This document shows positions 37,759 to 48,261 of a stretch of 64,000 nucleotides of DNA, piece after piece. The notes under the pieces were generated by a model that saw nothing but the letters and a program-made list of their open reading frames with translations, made no database searches and was not told where the DNA came from. A program made the position numbers and the translations under genes. The DNA lies in NCBI GenBank assembly GCA_016197005.1, contig JACPWO010000001.1, positions 5,106 to 69,105 on the forward strand, written 5' to 3'. The DNA is from Candidatus Anderseniibacteriota bacterium. GTDB lineage: Bacteria > Patescibacteriota > Andersenbacteria > UBA10190. Every line of letters starts with the position of its first letter. The stretch's first letter is position 1.

Positions 37759-40043
37759 CGCTTCAGGCGCAGCAAAGTAAATGGGCGAGTGCCTTCATTC
37801 TCTATTTCCACTTCAACTTCATATAAATTTTTAATGGCCTCATCAATACGTGGGTGACGACGATAGGTATCAGCCAACAATTTTCCATCAAGCACCCATT
37901 CAACGTTGCCGGCTTCAATATCGTCGGCAATAGGGTCAAACAGCGCATAGTAACGAGGATCTGGTTCGCCTCGAAATGTTGGTTCAAGCCAGGAAGGATG
38001 AGACACAGGATAGGCAAGCTGTTTGTGTGCCATTAGGGGAACCAGAACGGAAGCAGCCAGGATACGTTCGTCATCAGCAACATGATTCTTTAAATATTCG
38101 ATGCTATCTCTCACGGCGCCTTGAGCGATTGTTCCGGCGTACGGGTAGTCAAAAGGGTAATAAGTCCACGGTGGAAGTAGGTAAGCTAATAAAAGTAATG
38201 CCACCGCTGCCGCTATGCTTCGGCGATACCACAAAGATTCAAGAACAGATGCTAGTCCTAGGCCAGCAAATAAAACTAAGGCGGGGATAAATTCGGCTAA
38301 ATACTTGTCGTTAACCTTGTGAAAAATTGCGTATGTCAAAAGAGGAGGTACTAAAAATGCCATTGCATCCATTATGGTTCTACGTTTGTATTTTCCGCCG
38401 ACGCCGACGCCGACAAGCAGAAAACCTAAAGCCAGTCCAAAAAATACCATGGACGAAATAGGGTAATGAGGAAAGATTTCATCACCCTGCCAAGCCGGAA
38501 AGAATAGTAAGGCAAATAGGGCAGCGAAAATGGAATATAATATCCGTCGCTTTATCGGGAAGCCATTCAACACCAGCAAAGCTGGCAACATCAACAAACT
38601 CAACCGAAGTGCGGGCTGACGCCAAAGTAAAAATTTAGCAATCCAGCCTTCTTCAGCCGACGCCTCAAAAAATTCGATAAATAAACCACCAATTTGATAT
38701 TTCACCAGGATTTCGGGAAAGAGAGCTAGAAATGCAGTCCCACCCGCGACAAAGGGAGCGGCTAGCCAGACTAGTCTCCGACTAAATTCTTTTAACGAAC
38801 TATCTCGAAGTAAAATTGCAATCCCAACTAGCCAAAATATTGCGCTCCAGCGGACCGCTGTGGCGAGACCAGTAAGCCCAGCAATGAGAACAAGTTGCCA
38901 CCATGTGATGCGACCTTTATTTCGATAAAATAAGGTAAGCGCAATGGCAGCCATAAGCGGGAGCATCATAAACTGCTCCGTCATGATAATGGAGGTGTAT
39001 GACATAACGGTAGGTACAAAAAAACCAACCAGTAACGTTATCCACCCAGCTGTTTTACCGCCGATCTGGCGAGCATTATATGACAACAGTGAGAGTGCAC
39101 CAACGCAGCTAATAATTATAAGGAGGCGGATTGTAACAAGTGAGTCAATTCCAATAATAGCAGTCCACACACGAAGTGTGCTTATAAGGAGCGGAGTCTT
39201 CCAAAAATGTGGATCGTGAATGTTATACAAAATTGAGTCATACACATAAAATTGTTCGTCGTTTACGAGCGGAAGATTTGATGCCATCCACACCCGCCCA
39301 GTGACCGCCCCAATAACTAATAGAACAAAGAGGAAAATAAGGGAGCGCTTTGGAATTACTTTAGGTATCTGCAAAAATGTACCCAAAAAGGCGAGAAGAA
39401 GTATGACAATTGTGCTAACAACGACTATACTAGCTGCTCGTACATAGTCCTGCCGCTCGCTGACTGTCTGATCTACCCAACGAGGGTGCCGTGAAGCAAG
39501 AATGAGAGATAAGGTAAAGCCTTGGGGTGTAGGTGCATTACTGTCGTCTCGAATTGTTGTTGCTTCAAAACTACCTGGCGGGTATTCGTCGGCAACTATT
39601 GCTACTACTGTATCCGAAGTAGGTAGTAATGAAAGGTGAACGGTGTATGAAGAACCCGTTTCCAATCCAGGTGGCAGTGGCCACGTTGCTCCAGATATTC
39701 CTTGGGTACCAACAGTCAGAAGCTCAGGGCGGCCGTTTCCCAGTGAGAAAGTTTTGCCGGAATGAGACTCGGTAAGATTTGCAGTAATTCGATGTCCCTC
39801 ATCTGGTGTATCAAGTGCAATAAATAACGCGTCGATATCTTCACTGGGAATGGTAATTTTTTGCTCAAAGGATGTTTGTGGCGTGAGGTGAGCTAGCACG
39901 CCTCGTCCAGTTGACCCGCTTACGAGCTTAAGTTGAGGGTAAACAGCATATAAAAAAATGCCTAGGAGGGTGAGGCCGGAGACAAGCAAAACCATGATTA
40001 CAATTTCTCGAATGTATCCCAAATTCCACGTAGTATTGGACAT
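37755..40043 (-). CDS. GT-C-fold membrane glycosyltransferase with N-terminal anchored extracytoplasmic domain
   Basis: 762 aa with an N-terminal TM helix, a roughly 200 aa soluble domain, and then more than 12 TM helices. Confidence 0.6.
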   Translation of the reverse strand: MSNTTWNLGYIREIVIMVLLVSGLTLLGIFLYAVYPQLKLVSGSTGRGVLAHLTPQTSFEQKITIPSEDIDALFIALDTPDEGHRITANLTESHSGKTFSLGNGRPELLTVGTQGISGATWPLPPGLETGSSYTVHLSLLPTSDTVVAIVADEYPPGSFEATTIRDDSNAPTPQGFTLSLILASRHPRWVDQTVSERQDYVRAASIVVVSTIVILLLAFLGTFLQIPKVIPKRSLIFLFVLLVIGAVTGRVWMASNLPLVNDEQFYVYDSILYNIHDPHFWKTPLLISTLRVWTAIIGIDSLVTIRLLIIISCVGALSLLSYNARQIGGKTAGWITLLVGFFVPTVMSYTSIIMTEQFMMLPLMAAIALTLFYRNKGRITWWQLVLIAGLTGLATAVRWSAIFWLVGIAILLRDSSLKEFSRRLVWLAAPFVAGGTAFLALFPEILVKYQIGGLFIEFFEASAEEGWIAKFLLWRQPALRLSLLMLPALLVLNGFPIKRRILYSIFAALFALLFFPAWQGDEIFPHYPISSMVFFGLALGFLLVGVGVGGKYKRRTIMDAMAFLVPPLLTYAIFHKVNDKYLAEFIPALVLFAGLGLASVLESLWYRRSIAAAVALLLLAYLLPPWTYYPFDYPYAGTIAQGAVRDSIEYLKNHVADDERILAASVLVPLMAHKQLAYPVSHPSWLEPTFRGEPDPRYYALFDPIADDIEAGNVEWVLDGKLLADTYRRHPRIDEAIKNLYEVEVEIENEGTRPFTLLRLKR

Positions 40044-40048
40044 ACGGT

Positions 40049-41581
40049 ATGCTCACATTACACCATCCTATGCCTCTCGATTTCAAACATGTTTCGTGGT
40101 TTCAACTTTTGCTTACTACTGGGCTTGTATTTGCAATTATACTTCCTCGGTTTATTTCTTTGGGATTTGTCTATACCACGGATGAGCGATTGTGGATTGC
40201 TCGTGGGGCAGATTTTATTCAGGCCTTCAGTAATTTTCACTTTGCAGATACTGCCATTGCCTTTCAACCAGGCGTTACTACAGCTTGGTTGGCAGCAGTT
40301 ACCACGCACTTTCATTCTTTAGCGGCAACCCAAGCGTCAGTAGCGGCTGCTACGAGTATCCTGCTTCTTATCATTTCTTACTTCTTTGTTAGATTATTCG
40401 GTTGGCAATGGGGGATGATCACGGCGTATGCAGTGGCAATGAACCCTGTTCTCATTGCGCATAGCCGAGTTATTCATACTGATGCCCTACTTGCTCTCTT
40501 TTTGCTCGCTTGTGCGCTTTCGCTTTTTTATTCGCTAGATTCACAGCTCACATCTAGCCAAGCGAGGCGCTATCTCATTGCTAGCGGGATATTAGCGGGC
40601 CTTGCTCTCCTGACTAAAATATTTGCCTTATTCGCGATCCTACCACTTCTTCTCATTCTCATTGGCAAAACCTGGCAAGCAAAGAGAAGCCTAAAATCGG
40701 TTGCACAAGAGTTGGGTATTTGGATCGGAGTTGCGGCCCTTACTGTGTTTATAGTGTGGCCGGCACTTTGGACTCATGCCTGGGGAACAGGAATGTATAT
40801 TTGGGAAAATGTTACGCAATATTCTTCCGGACGACGAGTAGGTGAGGTCTCTACTTCTTGGTGGTTCTATTTGCGAGAAATATATGTTCGTACCAGCATA
40901 GTCACGACCATACTACTACCGTTTGGTATTTTAGCTGTTGTCTCAAAATGGCGACGACAACCAGTATTTGTCCTTCTGTCGCTACTTTTAACCAGTGCGT
41001 TTTATGTGCTACTACTACACACCGGTGAGGATCGAGATGTAAGATATCTCATTATTTTTCTGTTGACACTGGATATCTGGGCGGTCTTCGGCCTTCGTTT
41101 CATAATTGAATTTTTTAGAGGCGAGAGAACTCATAAAATTGTCTCTTATACACTTATTAGTGCCTTTCTTTTGTACCTGGGTTTCCAAACAATCCACTTG
41201 CACCCGTACTACCTTGCCCATTACAACTATGCCTACCAGATGCCGGCGAGATACAAGATTGGGTGGGGTGAGGGATTAGAGCAAGCAGCTATGTACTTAG
41301 CCGCAAGAGATCCGAAGGCAGAGATTGCGGTGTTCTATGCTTCCGTATTCGAATATGCATGGGAGAAATATGGCGGGGTAGGAACCGTTGGTGGTTCCGA
41401 TCATTTATCCGAGTCAACTGATTATCTAGTTATATCGCGGGCTATGTTTGAGCGAGCACCTGACTCTATCCAAACGGAACTTGTAAATCGCTACTTAAGC
41501 GAAGATAGTCCGAAGCCAATCCATACGATTACTATTAATGGGTTACCGTATATTTGGATTTTTGATGTTCGACAACAATAA
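40049..41581 (+). CDS. GT-C-fold glycosyltransferase (DE-motif) with conserved C-terminal domain family
   Basis: Loop-1 motif TTDERLW; HSRVIHTDALL; GWGEGLEQ; …ISRAMFERAPDS…HTITINGLPYIWIF. Confidence 0.65.
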   Translation: MLTLHHPMPLDFKHVSWFQLLLTTGLVFAIILPRFISLGFVYTTDERLWIARGADFIQAFSNFHFADTAIAFQPGVTTAWLAAVTTHFHSLAATQASVAAATSILLLIISYFFVRLFGWQWGMITAYAVAMNPVLIAHSRVIHTDALLALFLLACALSLFYSLDSQLTSSQARRYLIASGILAGLALLTKIFALFAILPLLLILIGKTWQAKRSLKSVAQELGIWIGVAALTVFIVWPALWTHAWGTGMYIWENVTQYSSGRRVGEVSTSWWFYLREIYVRTSIVTTILLPFGILAVVSKWRRQPVFVLLSLLLTSAFYVLLLHTGEDRDVRYLIIFLLTLDIWAVFGLRFIIEFFRGERTHKIVSYTLISAFLLYLGFQTIHLHPYYLAHYNYAYQMPARYKIGWGEGLEQAAMYLAARDPKAEIAVFYASVFEYAWEKYGGVGTVGGSDHLSESTDYLVISRAMFERAPDSIQTELVNRYLSEDSPKPIHTITINGLPYIWIFDVRQQ

Positions 41582-42203
41582 AAGTCGGAGACAAAAAATC
41601 AATACCGCGAGTAATAATAATTTTCACCAGAGTATAAGGGAAGAATCCGTATATATGAGCCCGAGGAAATAACCGCCGCATGTCGGCGAGCGAAAAGAAT
41701 TGTTTATGATCCGGGTTTTGAATGGTTGCTGGTTTTATGCCAAAAGGCAGAAGTAGGCGGTACAACCAAAAGTGAGAATTGGGAGTGGTAACAATAATTC
41801 TTCCATCTGGTTTTATGATCCGACGCATTTCCGAGACAAATTGATCAACGTTGCGAATATGCTCAATAACTTCTGAGGACCATATCAAATCAAACTCTTG
41901 GTTAGAAAAGGGGAATGGTTTTTCGGCGTCCACTTCGATGGTATCGGGACTTCGAAAATCATACCCATCAGCTGATGTTACTTGCCAGTTATGCCCCTTC
42001 AATTTTCGCGACCAAAAACCATCACCACATCCTAAATCTAAAGCTCGCCTGCCGTGTCCATCACCAGTCATGCGAAAAGCCGTAACTTTCGCCTTTGTCG
42101 TGTGGCGATAGTGCCCTTGTCCCAAATCAATAGGGAGGCGTTTTATGAGATCAAGAAAATTCACGATTTCTAAAAGGTAACACGGGCTGATCACATCAAC
42201 CAA
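41535..42203 (-). CDS. class I SAM-dependent methyltransferase
   Basis: ALDLGCGDGFW…WSSEVIEHI…IKPDGRIIVTTPN. The start is TTG. It overlaps the convergent upstream gene by 47 nt. Confidence 0.6.
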   Translation of the reverse strand: MVDVISPCYLLEIVNFLDLIKRLPIDLGQGHYRHTTKAKVTAFRMTGDGHGRRALDLGCGDGFWSRKLKGHNWQVTSADGYDFRSPDTIEVDAEKPFPFSNQEFDLIWSSEVIEHIRNVDQFVSEMRRIIKPDGRIIVTTPNSHFWLYRLLLPFGIKPATIQNPDHKQFFSLADMRRLFPRAHIYGFFPYTLVKIIITRGIDFLSPTFIVVEHQKSKYTVTH

Positions 42204-42270
42204 AATTTTTCCTATTTATTCAAACAGAAAAACTTGATGGGTGCCACCGAAGCCGAGTATCCTCTAGCGT

Positions 42271-44283
42271 ATGACGCGCTGGCAGACCCACGGCATTGTT
42301 TTGTGCTTGTATGCCGTACTTGCAATTGGAATGACGTGGCCGGTTGTACCAAACATAACAACCCGGGTAGCCGGATCAGGTGGAGACCCGTGGCAAACTA
42401 TGTGGCGATTTGAAACTAAGGACCGAGCTGGCTGGAACGAGTTTATTAAGGACGTAACTGGTCAAGGAGAGGCAAGGCTTATTAACCTGTCTGTATGGCC
42501 TTGGATGCCCCTACACTTCGCTTTCGGGCAGCCTACAGCGTATAACATTGTCTGGCTTCTCTCGTTCATTTTGTCTGGATATGCAGTGTATCTACTTGTG
42601 TACACTCTTGCTGATCCATCATCTAATCAAACCAAAGTAGCGGCATGGCTAGCTGGACTTGCCTACATGTTTTTGCCATATCATGTAGCTCATTCTTTTG
42701 GCCACTTCGGTGCCATGCAAATACAATGGCTTCCTTTTATTATTGTTGCGGCTATTTCGTGGTGGCGTCGACCAAGGATCATAATGGCAATTGTGCTTGT
42801 GTGTTTATTTACTATCCAAGTGTGGAGTGAGCACCACTACGCACTGTGGCTTTCCCTTTTCGCGCTTGTGGCGGCTATCTACTGGCGAGCGCAGATTCGG
42901 GTAATGAGTGGACAACGATTGCGTTGGATCTTCGCAATGATACTAATCGGCTTGCTTGGTGGTGGTGCTGCATATATTCCAACTGCTCGACTAGCTTTTC
43001 AAAACAGCTCTCCGTTGGAACTTGGTCGCGAACAGTTACTTCGTTTTTCGGCCGATCCCTTTGCCTTCATTATTCCCGCCTCATTTCATAGCGTGTGGGG
43101 AAATCTGGTGGATGCGTTATTTAATCAGCATTTTACCGGCAATGTCGCCGAGTCAACGCAGTACTTGGGAATCATTGTTTTACTCGTTTCACTCTTTTTC
43201 CATCAGCTCGTTCCAGTCGGCATTAAGAGATTTTGGCTAATAGTCGGAATACTTTTTTTCGTAATTTCACTCGGGCCCCAGCTTCATATTTTGGGAAACA
43301 TTATGCCGGTGCCTCTGCCGTATGGGGTAATAGATAGCTTGCCTGTATTTTCGGCAATTCGCGCTGTGAGTCGAGCCGGTGTGATGGTAGGTTTGGCAGT
43401 CAGCGTTTTCTTTGGCCTAGTACTTGCAACCCAACTGCGCCGCAAATGGAGTGCTGCAGTAATCACTGCATTACTCCTCCTAGATTTTTTGTTTATACCA
43501 GTTCCTACCCAATCGGCCGCTATCCCCGAGGTATATGAAAAAATTTCTTCTCTTTCCGGCAGAACGGTTCTTGAGATTCCGGCTGCTACTAATTACACTA
43601 TTGCTTCGCGAGCTCTGTACGGATCCACGGTGCACGGCAAGGAAGTGTTGGGAAATATTGCATTAGAGCGAGCGCATACCGAGGATGAATTGGCAGAAAT
43701 CAAGCAATTACCTGGCGTTCGACAGTTGCTCTATCTACGAACAACAGAATTACGCCAAGATCGAGCTGAATTTTTTGACCAGAATTTAGCTGAAACCCTA
43801 CCCGATGCCATGGCGTCAAAGGATGCTACGGCCATTATTGTGCATCCAGACTCATTGTCCATTTTGCAATGGATGTCTATAAAAAACTTCTTGGAAGAAA
43901 ACTTGCAGCTTACTCCGCAGCCAATTGCCGATACCGTTTTGTATGAGTTAAACGGAAAAGTAGCAACTGATGGTGTATTGCTGACCAGAAAAGCTGGTTG
44001 GGAACACATTGGTTTTGATGCCGAACGTAATAGTATATTTGCTGAGATCCCTACTACAGCTACAGCGACGCTACTAAATGTTACCGATCAGGATAAAGTA
44101 GTAGACCTGTTGTTTACCATAGCTCCCGAGTCTCTTAGCAGCGTAGCGGTAGTAATAGACGGCAAACTATCTGAGGGCCCGATTATTCTTCCTCCCGGAC
44201 AACTGGATATTCAATTTGTTGCATCTGGCGAAGGAAAGGCTATTATCATGAATCCTCGACTTAACGTTAAAAATATCAAATGA
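42271..44283 (+). CDS. large polytopic membrane protein, family unassigned (paralog of 611..2488), with C-terminal soluble domain
   Basis: 670 aa. N-terminal Trp/Pro-rich region (…AGSGGDPWQTMWRF…), about 12 TM helices, and a roughly 250 aa C-terminal hydrophilic domain. Confidence 0.55.
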   Translation: MTRWQTHGIVLCLYAVLAIGMTWPVVPNITTRVAGSGGDPWQTMWRFETKDRAGWNEFIKDVTGQGEARLINLSVWPWMPLHFAFGQPTAYNIVWLLSFILSGYAVYLLVYTLADPSSNQTKVAAWLAGLAYMFLPYHVAHSFGHFGAMQIQWLPFIIVAAISWWRRPRIIMAIVLVCLFTIQVWSEHHYALWLSLFALVAAIYWRAQIRVMSGQRLRWIFAMILIGLLGGGAAYIPTARLAFQNSSPLELGREQLLRFSADPFAFIIPASFHSVWGNLVDALFNQHFTGNVAESTQYLGIIVLLVSLFFHQLVPVGIKRFWLIVGILFFVISLGPQLHILGNIMPVPLPYGVIDSLPVFSAIRAVSRAGVMVGLAVSVFFGLVLATQLRRKWSAAVITALLLLDFLFIPVPTQSAAIPEVYEKISSLSGRTVLEIPAATNYTIASRALYGSTVHGKEVLGNIALERAHTEDELAEIKQLPGVRQLLYLRTTELRQDRAEFFDQNLAETLPDAMASKDATAIIVHPDSLSILQWMSIKNFLEENLQLTPQPIADTVLYELNGKVATDGVLLTRKAGWEHIGFDAERNSIFAEIPTTATATLLNVTDQDKVVDLLFTIAPESLSSVAVVIDGKLSEGPIILPPGQLDIQFVASGEGKAIIMNPRLNVKNIK

Positions 44284-45425
44284 ATATATTACTCATCAAT
44301 TATGAGTACCCGCCCCTCGGGGGTGGAGGCGGAGTTGCTACGAAAGAGCTGGCAGAAGAGCTGGCAAAAAAACACACCGTGCATGTACTGACTACGGCGT
44401 TTTCTGGCTTACCATATGACGAAGTAACTGCAGGTGTTGTTATTCATCGCGTTTCAGTCCTCGGGCGTAAGCAAGAGGCTACGGCTACGGTCCTATCAAT
44501 GCTCACGTTTGCACCAATGGCCTTACTACGAGGATGGACAATTTGTCGACGATATAAATTTGATGTTATTAACGCTCACTTTGTACTTCCCAGCGGAGTG
44601 CCGGGAGCAATCTTAGCTAAGCTGTTTAGCATCCCGTTCGTCCTTAGTTTTATTGGGGGAGACTTATATGATCCGAGTAAGGGAATTTCTCCTCATCGAC
44701 ATCCCTTACTGCGAGCGGTTATTCGACAAATTGCTAATGTGTCCTGTGCCCGAACAGCAATCTCGGAGGATACAAAACAACGCGCAACTTCTCTCCATGA
44801 TGTGAGTAGTGATATTACCGTAATACCAATTGGGCTCGTGCCTCGTTCCTTTTCGGTTGGAACCCGGGAGGAACTCGGATTACCATCTGGATTAATTGCT
44901 GTAAGTATTGGACGCCTCATTCCGCGGAAAGGGTTCGATCGGCTTATTGAAGCGTGGGCCGATATTCCAGATGTTCATTTGGTTATTATTGGCGAAGGCC
45001 CATGGCGGGAAAAGCTAGAGAAGCAGAGTAGAGCAACCGGAGCTTCTGATCGCATTCATTTGCTTGGACGACTATCTGAGGAGCGTAAGTGGCAAGTACT
45101 TCGAGTGGCTGACATGTATGTATCTGCCGCTCAGCACGAAGGATTTGGGATTGTGTTCCTCGAGGCGATGGATGCCACCTTGCCTATTATTGCCCCACGA
45201 AAAGGAGGACAGAATGACTTTTTAGTTAATGGTGAAAATGCTCTTTTAATTGATTCATCCGATCGCGCGGTGTTGCAAACGGCAATTAAAGAATTAAGCC
45301 ATGATGCTTCTCGACGCAAGATAATGGGAGAGGCAAACAAGAGGAAAGTAGTAACGTACTACATTGATCAGACAGCCGGCCGTTTTGAGGCCTTACTTCT
45401 TACAGCGGCGAAAGAGAGGGCGTGA
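44280..45425 (+). CDS. GT4-family glycosyltransferase
   Basis: MNILLINYEYPPLGGGGG…; EGFGIVFLEAMDATLPIIAP. It has an ATGA overlap with the upstream gene. Confidence 0.7.
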   Translation: MNILLINYEYPPLGGGGGVATKELAEELAKKHTVHVLTTAFSGLPYDEVTAGVVIHRVSVLGRKQEATATVLSMLTFAPMALLRGWTICRRYKFDVINAHFVLPSGVPGAILAKLFSIPFVLSFIGGDLYDPSKGISPHRHPLLRAVIRQIANVSCARTAISEDTKQRATSLHDVSSDITVIPIGLVPRSFSVGTREELGLPSGLIAVSIGRLIPRKGFDRLIEAWADIPDVHLVIIGEGPWREKLEKQSRATGASDRIHLLGRLSEERKWQVLRVADMYVSAAQHEGFGIVFLEAMDATLPIIAPRKGGQNDFLVNGENALLIDSSDRAVLQTAIKELSHDASRRKIMGEANKRKVVTYYIDQTAGRFEALLLTAAKERA

Positions 45426-45426
45426 T

Positions 45427-46542
45427 ATGAAAATAGCTATTGAAGCACGGGGATTGATTGGAGCACGCGGAGTGCGCACGTATATCTATCAATTGGTTCG
45501 GCACCTGATAAAGAATTCTCCATCTGATGAGTTAGAAATTTTGCATGGTAGTAGAGAAACAATGAAGGATTTCCCGACAGCGACTAATTCTTTTATTCCG
45601 CTCCCCCATGATGCCATTGTGCAATGGTGGCTTAGTAGGGCTGTTAGTCAACATTTACGGCGATCCAAACCTACCATTGTTCATTTTACCAAAGCAGATG
45701 TGCCATCCCGAAAACTTTCCATTCCTGCAGTTACCACAATTTTTGATGTTATCCCATTACAACTACCCAGCACACAATCTTTTCTTCGTCGCCTGTATTG
45801 GCGCAAGGCCTTGCAACGAGCAGGTACCTTAAGTGATCACATTATTACCATTTCTGAAGCCAGTAAGAAAAATATTATTGAGTTACTTCAAGTTGATCCG
45901 AATAAGATAACGGTAACGCCGATGGCAGTGGATTTAGATCATTTCAAACACACAGAGGTCACTTCGCAAGGTTCTCCGTACATTCTTTTTGTCGGTCGAT
46001 GGGATGAGCGGAAAAATATTCCAGCTTTAATTAAAGCATTCGCAATTATCAAAGATGTGATTCCACATAACCTTATTATCGCCGGACGGCCAGCTGACAA
46101 GCCGATCAACTTGAAAGCTGTTGCTAAACGTGCAGGGGTAGAAGGCCGAGTTATTTTTCGCGAGAACGTTTCATATACAGATTTACCCGCGCTGTATTCA
46201 GGTGCAGACGTGTTCGTATATCCATCAGTGATAGAGGGCTGGGGATTTCCGCCACATGAGGCGATGGCCTGTGGCACTCCCGTTATTGTAAGTAATGGCG
46301 ACCCTCTACCTGAAGTTGTCGGTGAGTCAGGAGAGGTTGTTGTGTTCTCTACAAATGATCTCCTCGGTCGCTTAAACGACAGCGAGTTTATCTCTCGGCT
46401 GGCTGACAAAATTCAAGGCGTATTAATAAATGCTGATCGTCGACAACAAATGAAGACAATGGGACCTAAGCAAGCCAGAAAATTTTCCTGGGATACAGTC
46501 GCGGAGGAAACACTTCGTGTTTATCATAGGATTACTCAATGA
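45427..46542 (+). CDS. GT4-family glycosyltransferase
   Basis: The start is moved to the internal ATG 45427 (MKIAIEARG…), which lies directly after the upstream stop and an AGAGAGGG SD. EGWGFPPHEAMACGTPVIVSN. Confidence 0.7.
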   Translation: MKIAIEARGLIGARGVRTYIYQLVRHLIKNSPSDELEILHGSRETMKDFPTATNSFIPLPHDAIVQWWLSRAVSQHLRRSKPTIVHFTKADVPSRKLSIPAVTTIFDVIPLQLPSTQSFLRRLYWRKALQRAGTLSDHIITISEASKKNIIELLQVDPNKITVTPMAVDLDHFKHTEVTSQGSPYILFVGRWDERKNIPALIKAFAIIKDVIPHNLIIAGRPADKPINLKAVAKRAGVEGRVIFRENVSYTDLPALYSGADVFVYPSVIEGWGFPPHEAMACGTPVIVSNGDPLPEVVGESGEVVVFSTNDLLGRLNDSEFISRLADKIQGVLINADRRQQMKTMGPKQARKFSWDTVAEETLRVYHRITQ

Positions 46543-47648
46543 TTATTGATTATATAAATAACGCACCAAGGTATTCCGGGGTAGGTGCCCGTGCTTATCG
46601 TATTTTACAGGAATTGCAGAAGATGCAGATAGATCAGCACTTGGAGCTACAGGAGAAGATTATTGACCCGCAGCAAACTAATCTTAAGTCTTGGCCTGGG
46701 GTGTTGGGTAGCAAAAGTGTTGGTTGGGTCAGGCTGGGAAGAAAGTACTCCAAGAGAGCAAAAGCTGATGTCTTTGATATCACAAATCAAACGATGTCAT
46801 TTTTGGCGCGAAGATTGTCTCCATCGGTTGTAACGGTGCACGACATAATTGAGCTTCTTGAACCACAGGATAAACGAGCGGCACTTTTAAATAAGTATCT
46901 ATACAGTGGCATTCCGCGAGCCAGCCACATCATTGCGGTCTCAGAGTACACCAAACAAAGTATTAAGGAGCATTACGAAGTACAAGGAAGTAAAATTACT
47001 GTTATTCCGAACGGGGTAGGTGAAGAGTTTTATCCGATTGAGAATTTTGAGCAGACAATTGGGTACCAAGAGCTCCGACAAACATTGAAGTTGAATGATG
47101 CGCACCCGATCATTTTGTATGTAGGCTCGGATCACCCTCGAAAGAATGTGCCTATCGCTTTGGAAGTATTCGCTCGTCTGGCTACAAAGCGTCCTGACGC
47201 AATCTTTGTGAAAGTGGGAAGACCTGGCATTGCTAGTGGGCGGGAGGAAACGGTAGCCAAAATTGAGGAGTTGGGAATTGAAAATCGAGTTCGCTTTCTA
47301 GGTGATATTTCAGATGAAAAGTTAAATGAACTATATAATTTGGCTGATGTCTTACTATTTCCTTCTCGACTAGAAGGATTTGGACTCCCGCCCCTACAGG
47401 CAATGGCGGCGGGCTTACCAGTAGTTTCTTCCAATGCGACATCCCTTCCAGAAGTTGTAGGGGATGCCGCGATACTATCCGCACCGAATGATGTCGACAA
47501 TTTACTTAAAGGAGTAGAAAGGATTATTGAAGACACTAAGACAGCTGCTGAATACCGAAGGCGTGGTCTTATGCGGGCGAAGAATTTTTCCTGGGAAAAG
47601 GCGGCACGGCAGGTGCTTGGCGTGTACAAAAAGGTTGCCGGGATATGA
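46539..47648 (+). CDS. GT4-family glycosyltransferase
   Basis: EGFGLPPLQAMAAGLPVVSSN; ATGA overlap with the upstream gene. Confidence 0.7.
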   Translation: MIIDYINNAPRYSGVGARAYRILQELQKMQIDQHLELQEKIIDPQQTNLKSWPGVLGSKSVGWVRLGRKYSKRAKADVFDITNQTMSFLARRLSPSVVTVHDIIELLEPQDKRAALLNKYLYSGIPRASHIIAVSEYTKQSIKEHYEVQGSKITVIPNGVGEEFYPIENFEQTIGYQELRQTLKLNDAHPIILYVGSDHPRKNVPIALEVFARLATKRPDAIFVKVGRPGIASGREETVAKIEELGIENRVRFLGDISDEKLNELYNLADVLLFPSRLEGFGLPPLQAMAAGLPVVSSNATSLPEVVGDAAILSAPNDVDNLLKGVERIIEDTKTAAEYRRRGLMRAKNFSWEKAARQVLGVYKKVAGI

Positions 47649-47651
47649 AAA

Positions 47652-47680
47652 CACCCGGGGAATGAAGATTCCCGCGGGTG
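47652..47680. terminator. imperfect GC hairpin between convergent genes; T-rich flank on the - strand side
   Basis: CACCCGGGGAAT, GAAG loop, ATTCCCGCGGGTG; on the reverse strand it is followed by GTTTTCATA. Confidence 0.35.
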
Positions 47681-47692
47681 GTTGTGTACTAA

Positions 47693-48229
47693 TTAGCGAT
47701 GGGCAACTGACCGCGCTGATGCTGGCTTTTGCGGCTCGGAGTTGGGTCGCTTTTCTGGAACAGGAGTTTCGAGAGGCGGCTCAATGGATATGAAGGGTAC
47801 AATCTCACCGTTATCGTCGCGGCGCACTTGAAACTCTCCTGGCGGTACAAAAGTCAATGTATACACCCGAGTATCGTCCCCTTCGTGGTATTGGGATTCG
47901 GTCGAGAGGTAGTAGAGATTCAAGGCTTTCATTTTGCCACTGTCTGCTCCACGACTGATTGTGGTGAGCCGATATACGGTCCCGTCTGCTCGCAGATGAT
48001 GCTCTTCGAACGGTAGACCATTGGGCTCATTGATTGCCTGGAGAATTATCCGACCGTTTGGACCAGCGAAGATTAGCGCAAATAATACACTGCCAAGTCC
48101 AAGGATGATGTGAACTGATCGGGATTTTGCGATTGGAATCGTTGCAATTACTGCCCCGAGGCCTCCTGCACCAAGAGAAGTGAAAAGTACAAAAATCCAA
48201 AACATAGCACTGTTAGCTGGCGTGTCCAT
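47693..48229 (-). CDS. small membrane protein (2 TM) with C-terminal soluble domain, hypothetical
   Basis: The start is placed at the internal ATG (MDTPANSAMFWIFVLF…), which has a GAGGGA SD 4-5 nt upstream. Confidence 0.4.
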   Translation of the reverse strand: MDTPANSAMFWIFVLFTSLGAGGLGAVIATIPIAKSRSVHIILGLGSVLFALIFAGPNGRIILQAINEPNGLPFEEHHLRADGTVYRLTTISRGADSGKMKALNLYYLSTESQYHEGDDTRVYTLTFVPPGEFQVRRDDNGEIVPFISIEPPLETPVPEKRPNSEPQKPASARSVAHR

Positions 48230-48261
48230 GTGTCCCTCGAGGTTGCAATTGACAAGCACCA

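Noticed and set aside
47527-48016. ORFs 47527..47793(+) and 47729..48016(+) spanning the convergent intergenic hairpin and the antisense of the 47693 gene
   Set aside because: They overlap a terminator-like hairpin and a better-supported minus-strand gene, and show no coding features.
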